From contig NC_134035.1 of assembly GCF_964204645.1 (NCBI RefSeq), positions 124,001-188,000 of the forward strand: a stretch of 64,000 nt of DNA, written 5' to 3'. Below, in pieces: positions 40,223 to 52,220 of this stretch. Numbering within the stretch: position 1 is the stretch's first letter; each line of letters starts with the position of its first letter. Both the position numbers and the translations under genes were made by a program. The DNA is from Tubulanus polymorphus. Taxonomy: Eukaryota; Animalia; Nemertea. The notes under the pieces were generated by a model that saw only the letters and a program-made list of their open reading frames with translations, did no database searches and had not been told where the DNA came from.

Positions 40223-40615
40223 GGCGTAATGTGCTTGTATTACCGGGCGTACTGTGCTTGTATTACCGGGTATACTGTGCTTGTATTACCGGGCGTACTG
40301 TGCTTGTATTACCGGGTATACTGTGCTTGTATTACCGGGCGTACTGTGCTTGTATTACCGGTATACTGTGCTTGTATTACCGGGTATACTGTGCTTGTAT
40401 TACTGGTATACTGTGCTTGTATTACCGGGCGTACTGTGCTTGTATTACCGGGCGTACTGTGCTTGTATTACCGGGCGTAATGTGCTTGTATTACCGGGTA
40501 TACTGTGCTTGTATTACCGGGCGTACTGTGCTTGTATTACCGGGCGTAATGTGCTTGTATTACCGGGTATACTGTGCTTGTATTACTGGGTATACTGTGC
40601 TTGTATTACCGGTAT
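40223..40615. repeat. 22-23-bp minisatellite, about 17 copies (plus a 16-bp repeat at 39995-40070)
   Basis: actgtgcttgtattaccgggcgt. Confidence 0.97.
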
Positions 40616-41234
40616 AGCCAGCTATATACTTATATACATGAGTATTTGAATGTATGCATTCAGAGCTCACATTCGCACCTCCTCTCGTTTAATGTGCCGT
40701 ATATACAATGTTTTTACGTGGTAAAACAGATAAACTAAAATACAGATAAAATTCCCATAGAATACTAACCCTATTACTAACCCTATATACCATCAAACTC
40801 CTAACAACGCACGACGCTTCAATACACTACTAATAGTTGTTATGGACAGGTCATAACTTTAGCCCCCGGAGAGAGAGGGGGGTTCAACTGAATTCTCAAC
40901 TCATCTATAAAACTAGCCCCGGGCCGGGAACCAGGCACTCGTCGGAAAAAGTACATTTGAACGTATTATCGAGATTTGGATGATGCTATTTTGACTGATA
41001 TATCTGAATTTGTCCCGAAAACATTTGTTTGTCGATAGATTATTGTCGATTGTTGTCACAGAGGTGTTACCAGCACAACCACCCAAAACGAGCAGCCTCC
41101 ACCCCCACATCACCTCCCCCCCCCCCCAGTGTTTATATACCTGCTCCCCACCGTGTTTACCCAGACCCTGGAGTATTATCAATAACTACAATCTATCTAT
41201 ATCTATGTATTTATGCATGTATATGTTTTACTCA

Positions 41235-41397
41235 CCACAATTCAATAGAGAAGAATTCCATTATAAACAATTCACATGTAACAACGTAGATTAACTGTCT
41301 CCCGGGCGTACAGTTACACTATACTAGACACACACGTTACAGTTTTACACTAGTTCCAGTAAAACCTCCGACAAACGATAAAGTTGAATTTCCGGAC
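41235..41397 (-). other. candidate 5' exon (short ORF MEFFSIEL, phase-2 donor)
   Basis: Acceptor ttttttccag and donor gtgagt. No compatible phase-2 coding acceptor was found downstream, so it may be a UTR exon using the ATG at 37424. Confidence 0.35.
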
Positions 41398-42504
41398 TGG
41401 AAAAAACTAATGTAGCTAATCTACATACAGCATACGGCTATTGAAGGCCAACCACTCGTATGTATAGATCCACTAGAAGTGTGTCTAGCAGAAAACAATG
41501 CCAATACTTGTCCAATACTTGTGCCGCTATAAAATAGTGGCTGTTTTGTGCGAGACCGAAAATTGAGAGAAATATATAAACGCTCGGTAGAACGTAGGTG
41601 CGAGAAACCGGCCGAACGGATAGAACTCAATCGACGGCACAACGAGGTACGAATCAATGTCAAATTTACTATAATCCTTCGACTGACAGCGCGACTGACT
41701 GACTGACTGACTGACTGACTATTACTAGTAGTTTCAACAAGACTGCAAAATGCTACGAACAATCAACGGATCAAAATCAATAACGAGAAAAAAACAATCG
41801 ATTCAAACATCCTAATGAACCGAGATAGTTAATTATACAATCATTATCTAGTGTATATGAGCCATGTATCAATCTGTTATATAGACTGTCAAAACGCTGG
41901 TCGGATCAATGGTTCATATACACGAGCAGCAGTAGTGAACACAACCACAACATCTGCTTCACCGTCCGACCGCTATCTTCTGTTTCATTGGATAAACTAC
42001 TTCGGAACGTTAATAATATCGATCTCTCGGGCCTCGGCTGTTACCGGCACAAATACAGCCCTAAACCTCTTAACTTTACTACGTAAATATAACGCATGTA
42101 AATCTACTGATCCGTTTAATGGGTCCATATAAAACACACCCCACAACCATGGAACATCAGTTATCATCCAGATGGCTTTATACAAATATGAATCTTCCCT
42201 TCAATTCTTATACATCAACATATCTGATATGAGATAGATATATGTAATATGGGTTGAATAATTGTTTTATAGGATTGTTCATGAAATGAAGAAGACAACA
42301 GTTGCCCAAGTTGACTATAGACTTGAAATTGGTTCAAATTTCCAGCAAGAAATCTGGAGACCCAAGTTCACAATGTCTATCAATTCTCTACACACACAAT
42401 ACACAATTAGATTCAATGTGAGATGATGCACAGTGTTTTAATTAACTGATGACACCAAACGATGATGCGTTTAAACTAAAGAAAAAGAAAGATTTCAAAC
42501 ATAC

Positions 42505-42526
42505 CATCGCGATACCAGAAATACAC
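42505..42526 (-). CDS. 22-nt microexon ((G)CISGIAM)
   Basis: Acceptor tctgcgtgtggttag, donor ATG/gtatgt; phase 2 to 0, exactly complementing the 17-nt exon at 44440. Confidence 0.55.
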
Positions 42527-42934
42527 CTAACCACACGCAGACTCTATAGCTGATAATAATGAGAACTAAAGATCTAAGGGAGCTAATTCTGATAGGGTTA
42601 GCAGCGGCACAACCATCACCTGTATCAGCTCACAGCTATAACCATCCAGTCATTATATAAACATTTATAACTCACAAATAACATGTGATTTTCACATTCT
42701 AATAATATTAGCCTAAAGAGGAGCATCAGTACTCTGGGGATCTGATGAATCATTCTTCAATCCGAGGACCAGTTTTAACTCATACTGATGGTCTCTACAA
42801 TACTGGTCCCTGAATCATAGATCAAACCTCTCAGATTCTAACGAACTCGATCCTGATATAGGCTTATCTACGACCCAGACACATATAACAATCTTCTTTC
42901 ACAGTTCACAGAATTCGTGCAAAGCAGGAAAAAG

Positions 42935-44370
42935 TGTTGCCAAACTGTAGTAGCATTTTACCCTAATTAGAAGTCAAGCACGTGCCCCAAGGCCGTAATT
43001 TCACGCTAACCCGGATGTGCCCTGGGGCCGTTCCCTGTAGGGCTTAAGGGCCCAAACTGGTATGCTAGGTAGCCTATTGGGCCGACTTGGGGTACATGAA
43101 ATTTCAGGGTCCTGGGGTCATTATTAAGCCCAAAAATCGATATTCAAAAAATCGAATAGAGTCATGGCCCTAGCCCTAATTTGGCTCCCATTTCTAAGGC
43201 TGGGCTTGGGCATCCAGGTTCTAGTTAAGTCCCTACGGGTCACCACCTAAAATTCTAGAAAGCCTAGAAATGGTTTTAAATACCCCTCAAAAGTGACCCG
43301 AGACGTTTAGGGTTAGAGCTGTCTTCTAACCACTTGGCCTTGGTGCACGGATTACTTAGTCGTTTTAACGATTTCGCTCTTTTTTCATTACGGTAGAATG
43401 CTGCTCGCAAGCATCCAGAGTGCAATCTATTATATTTCTTACGGACTATGGTCCTTTCTCTACTTGCCCGAGAAGTTTCGAGTTCGCCGGGGTCGAAATA
43501 AAGGTTTAACAGTCCCCCGAAAAGTGGTTCCCCAGATACCGGGACCGAAAAATTGGCCTCCGGAAAATGGTTATAATTCCCGCGGTGACGGTCTGAGGTA
43601 CTATTAACTCATTTGGCCACTCGCACAAGGCCTTCTACTATATGCCTGAGAAATTTAGACGATTTTTCGAGTCGTTTTAAGGGTTGAAATAATTTTTAGA
43701 AAACAGTCACTCTCGGGCCTAAAAACAGATTCGTCGCTATTTTATTTGACTGTTTTAGTATAGTTCCTTGCTGTAAATAGTGCAAATCGATCGTCTGCTC
43801 GACTGGAGTGAAAGTTGAAAAAATTTCCGGGATTAAGTTTTGATCAATTGCGCTGTGAATACGACGAAAAGGTAAGGGTATTTAATCATTTTATCATCCA
43901 AATTGTACATAGAAAAGGTCTATGATAGTTTTAAATAGTTTAAGATAGTTTTAAGTGTACTATTTGAGAAACTTTGAACTTTTATAGGATGAATGCTCAA
44001 TGCAAGTCACTGTGTCCCAATTCAATAAAATTTTATTGAAAAGACTAATAGACCCGGTGTCAAATTATTTTCTATAACATTAGATGTTTTGAGGTGTGTT
44101 CATCAATTTTCAGGACGCACGGTACCCTAAAAATATTATTAATACCCCAAAAACCCTGAAATATTGTCATTTTTTAGTTATTTTGGGCCGCTGGTTTTTT
44201 GGTTGATCCGAGATCCGGTGTCGTATGTTCCAGCGATAGATTAGATATTTATACGTGTACCCTAGAAGTTTCAAAGCGCTCGGTACAACTTAGTTTTTGA
44301 GCCGATTATTCTAACCCTAACCAGGTATAGAGAGACTAAAGCCAGCTAATGGTTTACTCAGCCCTGTTGA
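42935..44370. mobile_element. probable non-autonomous DNA transposon insertion
   Basis: Abrupt compositional change with ggcc/ccgg-rich blocks and internal imperfect inverted segments (about 43265-43305 versus 43668-43700). No ORF; ends and TSD not resolved. Confidence 0.45.
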
Positions 44371-44439
44371 GGATGTATTATACCTACATATATCCTGTAC
44401 TCTTCCTGTATCAACTATTTCATAAAGAATAACACTTAC

Positions 44440-44456
44440 CCCATCGTGCGATATTC
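44440..44456 (-). CDS. 17-nt microexon (EYRTMG), contains ATG at 44444
   Basis: Acceptor atatatttag, donor gtaagt; phase 0 to 2. Confidence 0.55.
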
Positions 44457-45273
44457 CTAAATATATCCTATAATCCAAAAAGTTATTTAAAAGAACTATA
44501 ACTGCTATCAGTGGAGGAACCCGCTATGGAACCTACTACTAATTCCAGAAACATTCTATATACACTACATGACTTAGTGATATTGAAAACCATGACAATA
44601 TAACCGACAATGAAATGAAGCCCAACAATGAAATGAAGCCCAACAGCTGATGGTCAAAACCGAACAAACCCTTATTGTTAAATATTTTATACCGCTATAG
44701 CTAACATAATAATTCATATTGATAAACTACAGGTATAGCGGTATAATCCAGAGTCTATTCTTAAGTTAAGGGTTACCCCTAGAACAGTATGAATACCTGT
44801 GAATCTTAAAGGATTTTACGGACCGACATTCTTATGGAACAATGGCTATATGTGTTTCACAGATTGATGTAAAACACTGTTATATTCAAATTCAATAAAC
44901 CCGCAGAAATATTTAACATCCTGCTGATAATTGATTTCTATTAAACATTTTCTATTATTATTCAATTACATCCTGTTTAAATATAACACTGACTGACTAA
45001 CTGACTGACTGTGCTAATTAAACTGACCTAAACCAACTGCAGCACCTTTCTGATATACTGACTGACCAGAAGAGCTATATCCCTCCAACTGCAGCAGATC
45101 TTATTTGATTGAAAATGCAGATCCTACCAAATCAAGCGGGATATACGAAGTATAGGGCTTATACATACAATTTGGTACGAATTGACAAAATGTCACCGTA
45201 AAAAAAAAACTGAATTGAGTAAAATCTAAAGTGATAAAAGCTTGCAGCAGTAAAATGGACGGATCATTCTTAC

Positions 45274-45450
45274 CTTTTTAAATGAGTATTATATCAGAAC
45301 GGTGTTATATATCCGAGCATGCTGCGATGGTACTGCTGTAATACAACGTTACGTGGTACGGGTATATTTTGTATATCAACCACTTAAAAACAACCACCAC
45401 CAACGCAGCACCACGCCGCGCCGCCAACTATATATACATATCTATTTATA
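45274..45450 (-). promoter_or_regulatory. candidate TATA promoter plus non-coding first exon
   Basis: TATAAA at 45445-45450 (minus), then a GC-rich stretch, then a strong donor AAG/gtaaga at 45268-45273. Only a short uORF (MLGYITPF*). Confidence 0.45.
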
Positions 45451-46362
45451 GCGCCAAATGGTATGATAATGAAATCAGTGTTTAGTAGATATATTAAATG
45501 TTAGAAGAGGAAGAACAGCGACGCACAAGAGATTCTGCCTCCTGATAATTCAACAATGATGATGATGAAATATGAAAACTCTTTCTCCGCGATGTCTTAT
45601 TCAAGGTAAAGATTGTTTCAATTAGGGATCATATTTTGCAACCTTCATACACACGGATATGCCATTGATTTAGTGCAGTAGTTTTAACAGGGGGGTCATA
45701 GGCATTAGAAAATACTAGTTAATATCAAAAACACTCCCAGTAATCAAGAAAAGAGCTGGAAAAAACTGGGATCAGATTATTGAATTGCACCAGAATTCAT
45801 ATTCAAACTAGAGAAACTTATTCCGATCGTTAAACAAATCAACACATTGTGAAGAGTTGTTTGGGAGTTTAGTTTTGTATTGTAGAGCAGTAAATAGTTG
45901 ATGTGAAGAGGAACTGTAGAGGTACCACAGATTGTATTGACAAGCTGACACAATCCGCGATTCTTTTATCGTTTTAAATCAAACGCAGTAAGTAAATCTC
46001 AATGAGGAGTTTCAGCAAATAAATACTACAAATAATACTGAACTTTTCACATTAGCGAGAAGCAATGATTAGTTCACTCTCAGTGAATTGCCTCACATTA
46101 TCGCTGATGCCCAGCAAGTAACAAAATGAACTTCAAATCTTCCAACTCCAATTTATGCCATGAAGCCACAAGATCAATCAAAGTCCGTGCCATTCTTTTA
46201 ATGTCACTTAACGGCAACATTTTCAGAAAGCAAATTCACTTAACCTAACTCAAATACTATTCTTTATAACGTTGCTAAATGTGTTATTACGTCATGTTAT
46301 TATTCATAGGGCCCCACAGTGGTAATATAAACGAGTTAAACAGTATAGTGAAATAAACTTAC

Positions 46363-46399
46363 TTCATCAATTGTTTCCATCATACTCAAACATAATCCA
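46363..46399 (-). CDS. 37-nt exon (GLCLSMMETIDE)
   Basis: Acceptor tgccttctttatag, donor gtaagt; phase 2 to 0; has internal ATGs. Confidence 0.55.
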
Positions 46400-47024
46400 C
46401 TATAAAGAAGGCAATTACGCGATAAACCTTTAAGCGCTGGACGTATTGTGAATTATCATGAGAAACAATGCATTACATGAAAACAACATATATTTTACAA
46501 CAAGTGCCTCGGATGTGAAACTGTACAGACTGAGGAGTTATAGACAGACGCCTTCGCACTAAACTCCCGTTAAACTACCAGAGATCAATAACATTCGTTC
46601 ACTTTCTTCTAAAACTTTACAAAAAAATATATAACACCCGCTTCGACTGAAACTTGTATCGCGAGAAAATTTACTGCCAGGAAAACCTATTTTTAAGTAG
46701 TAAATAGAAAGATCTCTCTCTATCTTCGAGGTTTATCAGATTACATTTTAGTCTCAGGTTTCATCGAATAGAAATATTCACGTAACAGAAATGTAAACGA
46801 CATTTCAGATCTGAAGTCAAAAAGTAAAAAAACAACTGAGTCATGAAAATAAATGCGGTAAAAATTAAAGAATAATTCCGCAACCAAATGTTCAGAATTA
46901 CGCCGAATAGAAACAGGAAATACGTACGTCCGATAGAAACAGCGCTCGTTCAGCTGAGAATAGTTTAGTGAGAATAATATTTATAGAGATGTGAAGAATT
47001 CTGCAGCAGGTTACAGCACCCTAC

Positions 47025-47231
47025 CTCATCATTCTCAACCATTATATCCGCATCGCGATTCATCGTAACAACTCCCGATTCCCCGTTAGATTCGTCGGAT
47101 TCTTCCCGCTGTTTGACGAGAATCTCCTCGACGACTAGAGGAATGAAACCGCTTCCATCAACGGAATCATTACCGGGATTCTCCGTATCTTCGACATCAG
47201 TGACAACATCAGTGATTACTTCTATCTCCAT
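47025..47231 (-). CDS. alternative first coding exon, acidic (MEIEVITDVVTDVED...VENDE)
   Basis: ORF is acidic for 69 codons up to a GAG/gtaggg donor, phase 0. Confidence 0.75.
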
Positions 47232-47785
47232 GATGTTTATATCGGTAGTAGCTGACTGTCGTCTCTAGCTGTCGTCTCAGATGTTGTCTCTATTAGCGAG
47301 TGAGCGTTTATCGGTGGATGATTTGATCGGATCAGGGAATTCTTTAGTGTAACGCGACGTCAAACTTCAAATGAGCGAACACGAACAGGATTATTATAAT
47401 ACGTTGTTGCGGTTGATTAGTCTATATATCCTGGTCGACTGTCAACAACAACTGTTTCCACAGAACCAATGATTTTCACAATATTCATCGCAACTTTCAC
47501 CGACCTATTTAACTCCGCAGCCTTTCTAAATAACGTTTGTCTCGCTTATGAAATTAATTTTCATATCGATGTAATTATTATAAGTTTGGTCGCTTTCCTA
47601 TGAATGGTAGTTTTTCTACACTGATATATACAATGTATTGTCTATAAATGATGAATTTGTAAAGTTTATAAAATAATTAATAAATCAATGTATAAATCAA
47701 CTGTGAACGAGCTGACTGTTGTAAATTCAATATGTTCATGAGAGCAGCAGCCGTAGTTTTACACGGCTGTCATCGTATGCGCTTA

Positions 47786-47928
47786 CAGTCGAACCCAGCT
47801 CAACTCTGATCTAACGCAGTCATCCGCTTTATACATAATCTGCATTAACATATGTGGATTGTCAATAATTAGTGGATTAGATTAAAACGAGGATTAAAGT
47901 GATCTGAATTAAGCGGCGGGGTCGACTG
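47786..47928. mobile_element. pogo/Tigger-like (Tc1-mariner) MITE, TA TSD
   Basis: ta-cagtcgaaccc ... ggggtcgactg-ta. Confidence 0.7.
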
Positions 47929-48328
47929 TATTCTGTAATGTAATAACACTTCAGGAATGCCATATCAATCGTACATGTGAGATTTAGAAACGTACGAAAA
48001 TAGAGAAAATATCGAGACTTGAATAATACAATACGCAACACTCAACAGAGCAACACTTCTTACGAGGAAACTAAACTCGTACAGCCGGCCACACAACTGG
48101 TGAATTCTTCATTTGTCAACAATTTTTGTAGCAAGCGTGTATCATTGATGCATTTGACAAAGTGGCGCCCCCTGAAGTGAAGTGGCAGCAACACCTAGTG
48201 GCGCCACACTGTGGCCTGTTACAAATATTGTCTAGTATGCCGTGCCACCAGAGGGCGATTGTCAGCGATTTAAAGAAAAGTTGCCGGTGATAGAAAATTT
48301 CACCTAGTGTTTGGGGTGGGGGACTAAC

Positions 48329-49258
48329 CTCATACTGTTGATCATCAGGTGATATTTGTTCCTCAGTAGTTGATGTATGTTTCACTATTTCTACCACTCG
48401 ATCTCCATTTTCAATGAACTCTTCGGTACGCGTTTCGGTCACCGTGGTGACCGTATCCCCCGGAATTCTCATGTCTTCTGCGTCCGGTGATTCCGGTTCG
48501 AATTTAATGATATCCTTCTCGGTATCGGCCTCTAATCCGCCCGATTGTTGGTAGTCGCGGTGATAATCGAGATGAGTTGGTTTACTCGCCGGTGATCGGG
48601 CGTCTTCGATTTGTTCGTCTTCCGGGACGTAAACCAGAACGTCTCGTTCCTCGTCGTCGTCGTGGCGATGATGTCGATTGTCGTCGATTTCGTCTTCAGG
48701 AACGTAGACTAGAACGTTCTCTTTCGTTTCCTCCTCGTTTTCTTCCTCTTCCGGGTGATAAACTAACACCTCGCGTTGCGAGTCGAGCGGTTCTGGTTCC
48801 GGCTGATAAACGATGACGTTCGGTTCCCGTTTCGAACCGTCCTCCGGAACGTAGACTAAAACGTCCGGTTCGTTGTGTTGTCGACGGTGATAGACGACGT
48901 CCGAGTCGTGAGGTACGTTCGTCTGTTCCTCCTCCTCGTCCTCCTCGTCGTCTTCCTGTTCGTCTTCGGGAACGTAAACTAAAACCTCCGGTTCTTTATA
49001 CGTACGCGGAACTTCTTTTACTTCGAAGCGATCTTGCGGTGATTCGGGAGTGAGGATATCGTCGCCGTGGTGATACTGATCGGTCGTCGAGGTGGTCGTC
49101 GTGGAGCCAGTGAAATCAGCGAGTAGGTCCGTGGAGAAGTTAGCGCCGCCGCCGCTGCTGCTGTTGTTTATATCTGAAGTGAAGAAAGGGTCGTCAGCGA
49201 ACGGATCGTTGCTACCAGTGGTCAGTGTTGTATGATGACTAGTTGTATTGTGTCCATT
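48329..49258 (-). CDS. 930-nt acidic exon with DPF/DLL motifs and VLVYxPE repeats
   Basis: Acceptor tttatattccag (49259-49261), open for 310 codons in frame with ORF 48116..48769, donor GAG/gttagt; phase 0 to 0. Confidence 0.9.
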
Positions 49259-50867
49259 CTGGAATATAAAATATCGGAGAATGCCTCGTTAAACGTCGGT
49301 CAACAGTAATTATATTAATTGATCGTTATATATTTATCATTCATGTCATCGACTGGTGTTAATTAACTCTGTCTCTATTCAATATTTATTGGATAATTCT
49401 GCAGCAGTGATGACGAGCGGGGAGGGGGGCCAGTGGGGGGAGGGGGGTACCGGATACTCGGTCAAATGAACTCTAGATAAATAATTATTTTCTACAATCA
49501 TATAAGAAAAACCCACAATCAATGAAAAACAATAAAACTTATTTCAACATTTAACACACTTAAACTTTTCAAATACTGATTTACGACCAAAAACAGTTAT
49601 AACAATATAAGAGGGTAACAGCGACAAGGTTTGTGACAGATTTTAAGTGAATTCCTTCCATGAGTCATTTAATTCACCTGTGATTAAATCTAGCAGATCA
49701 AGTTTAACACGTTTATGTGAATTCAGTCTTGGTTCAGTATACATTTCTTTCACTAAATATATTCAGAGCAGGAAACCGGACAAAATTGGCAATTTGTTGA
49801 TATCAAAATTGTTTCACCGTCTAGAACATTTGCATCATAGCGTGCGTCCACCTAATCTATCACCAGCTGATCACAGGTTTAACTGATACATCTAGCACAT
49901 GTATGATATTATTTGGTTATAGATGATTTTGATCAGTAAGTTTGATTTTATTCTAGAATCAGAATCGAAAAAGACTTGAAACGTTTGAATTTCTTTGTCT
50001 ATCTTTAAGTAAGTTTCTCAAATAATCACTGCTATAATGAGAGTCATTCAATTATTACAAATAGTCAATTATCATGAATTACAACTAATTTACTGTTCCT
50101 AAAAAACTAAGCGTTTGTAAATTCTAGTGTAAATATATCGTATAAACTACTGAATTTTACCTTTAGTAAACGTCACACAGAAATATTAGTGATAAACAGC
50201 AACGTACGAGTTATATAACAAAATCTCTTACCAAAATATTCACACAATTCACTTGTAACGAACGAAATGTTTAAAACAAATACTGTGAAAACCGATATAA
50301 ACAATGTTTAAACTGACTGTGACAAATATCTGTACGAGTTAATACACATATAGACTAACGGACGGACAGCGGCTATTGTCATTAATCTCCTATTCAACTT
50401 TCTGCTAGGTGGCAAATAACAATAACCTAAAATCCTAGTTTTCGTTTACACATGTTTTTGGTCATTCCATGACTCAATTGTAATACCCCTCCCATAGCCA
50501 GTTTTAAAGTTAGATTTTCTAATACTTCTAAGACCAAAAGGTATTAAGCAGTTAATTAAGCAGTTTTCACGGAATTTGTTTATAAGAAAGTTATAATCGA
50601 ATAAAAGAATAAAAAGTAGTTCATCTCCACAAACATTGCAGGCAGGGCATAATCTATCAGTTCTGGATAAATGAAGGGATCTGAAGGTTTTACAAGTAAA
50701 AGATCAGACCCGATCCTGAATTGTCATCGAGCTGATTAATGTAGTTCTCATTGTTTAATGATTAACAGCAGCCACCGACGCCATCTATAGTTGAAATGAA
50801 ATACTACACACAGCTCTTGTTTATCTCGCTTCACGTCGTTCGGAGAATAGTTTCCTAAGACTAACCC

Positions 50868-51023
50868 GATTTGATTATTCATTTAAGCTCACAACAGGAC
50901 CGCGGTCTTTGATCAAATGTTGTCCGCGCGCTGTTAGCAGCCAGCAGGACTCAAACCCGCTTAGTCACTCAGCGCTGATAGTTCGTGCAACAGCATCGCG
51001 CCTTATTCCACTGAGCTACGGCT
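50868..51023 (-). mobile_element. tRNA-derived SINE (different family)
   Basis: A box tagctcagtgg (51008-51018), B box ggtttgagtcc (50947-50957), short body, aatc-type tail. Confidence 0.65.
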
Positions 51024-51103
51024 GAATCATCAAATTAGAGAAAAACACTTTCCTGGGAATGATAAATAAAGGGTGGAAAATATCACAGTGAAACTAAACT
51101 CAC

Positions 51104-51286
51104 CTGTACTTTAGTGTCGATGGTGAAATCTAATAATTCACCGTTGTTTGAAGTCATGATGTCGTCGTTTGAAAACGGATCGAAATCGTTGTGATTGTTT
51201 TTCGCGATGTTTTTTACGGGTGATGAAGGAGATGTGCTCTGAGGACTGTTGTCAAATTCCATTAAAGTGTCGAACTGTGACTCCAT
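51104..51286 (-). CDS. start-codon exon of the long isoform (MESQFDTLMEFD...DFDPF...ELLDF...KVQ)
   Basis: Acceptor ttttttctcaacag at 51323-51325, in-frame TAA upstream of the ATG at 51286, donor CAG/gtgagt, phase 0. Confidence 0.88.
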
Positions 51287-51460
51287 AACGCGTTGAAATT
51301 CACGTTAAAAATGGATGGAAATCTGTTGAGAAAAAAAGTTATTACAAATATTAAATATTTACTTAACAAATTGAAAAATGTGGTTTCCATAAAATTTCCA
51401 TCATTGAATTTTTCCTCTTCAAATCGCGGAGTTTTCCGATATTCAATATCAGAACGTCCT

Positions 51461-51685
51461 GTGCAGTTAGCTCAGGCGGTTGCGTGGAGGACTGGTAACC
51501 GAGAGGTCCCCGGTTCGAAACCACCTGCGGCGTCGTCTCTCGACACATACATGGACAAAGCTCTGCTAACTTAGTCAGGTTGTGAGTCATAACAAACTAT
51601 AAAAAGACGCTGGCCGTCTCTAAGAACCACTAGGGTTACACTGTTACTTGCAGTTGGGACAAAAAACTCTTCTAAACTAAACTAA
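51461..51685 (+). mobile_element. tRNA-derived SINE
   Basis: A box tagctcaggcgg (51468-51479), B box ggttcgaaacc (51512-51522), unrelated body and a (ctaaa)n tail. Confidence 0.75.
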
Positions 51686-52161
51686 GAAGTTTTTGGCTGC
51701 ATATTTTCAATTGTTACAACGAATTATTTTTCATGGTTTTAAAATCTTTGATCATGAATTATTTCTTTGAAATTCAGGAATGAAGCCTAAATTCATAGTT
51801 TATCCATCAGATTGCGATCTGTTAGAGAGTTCACCCCGATACGTAGACAACCATACAACGATGCTGCTATTGATGGTAGCGCCATCTGTATAATTTTCTA
51901 GTAACTAAACTCTCGTCTGCTCTTCCTCAGGCAATAAGTAATCATAAAGTGGTAATGAACCTAATTTCCTGTTGACTGATATTCTGAATCCGGAAATTCA
52001 AACGAAACTTAAGTACAGAATGACATTAAAACCAAACTCACGTAATAACAAAATTTAGATTTATGTCAATCGACTCTGATCACTAAAACAATACCACATT
52101 AATCCCAGATCTCTTCTAACTAGAAAACTAACTTTAAAAGTTTATTGACGCCTCAAAAAAT

Positions 52162-52220
<59 letters not shown>

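Noticed and set aside
40217-40649. Cys/Tyr-rich ORFs and a CRISPR-like appearance
   Set aside because: Head-to-tail 23-bp minisatellite with no unique spacers; eukaryotic context and no cas genes.
51461-51532. Possible tRNA gene
   Set aside because: Acceptor stem is imperfect, there is no oligo-T terminator, and it continues into a body and simple-repeat tail typical of a SINE.
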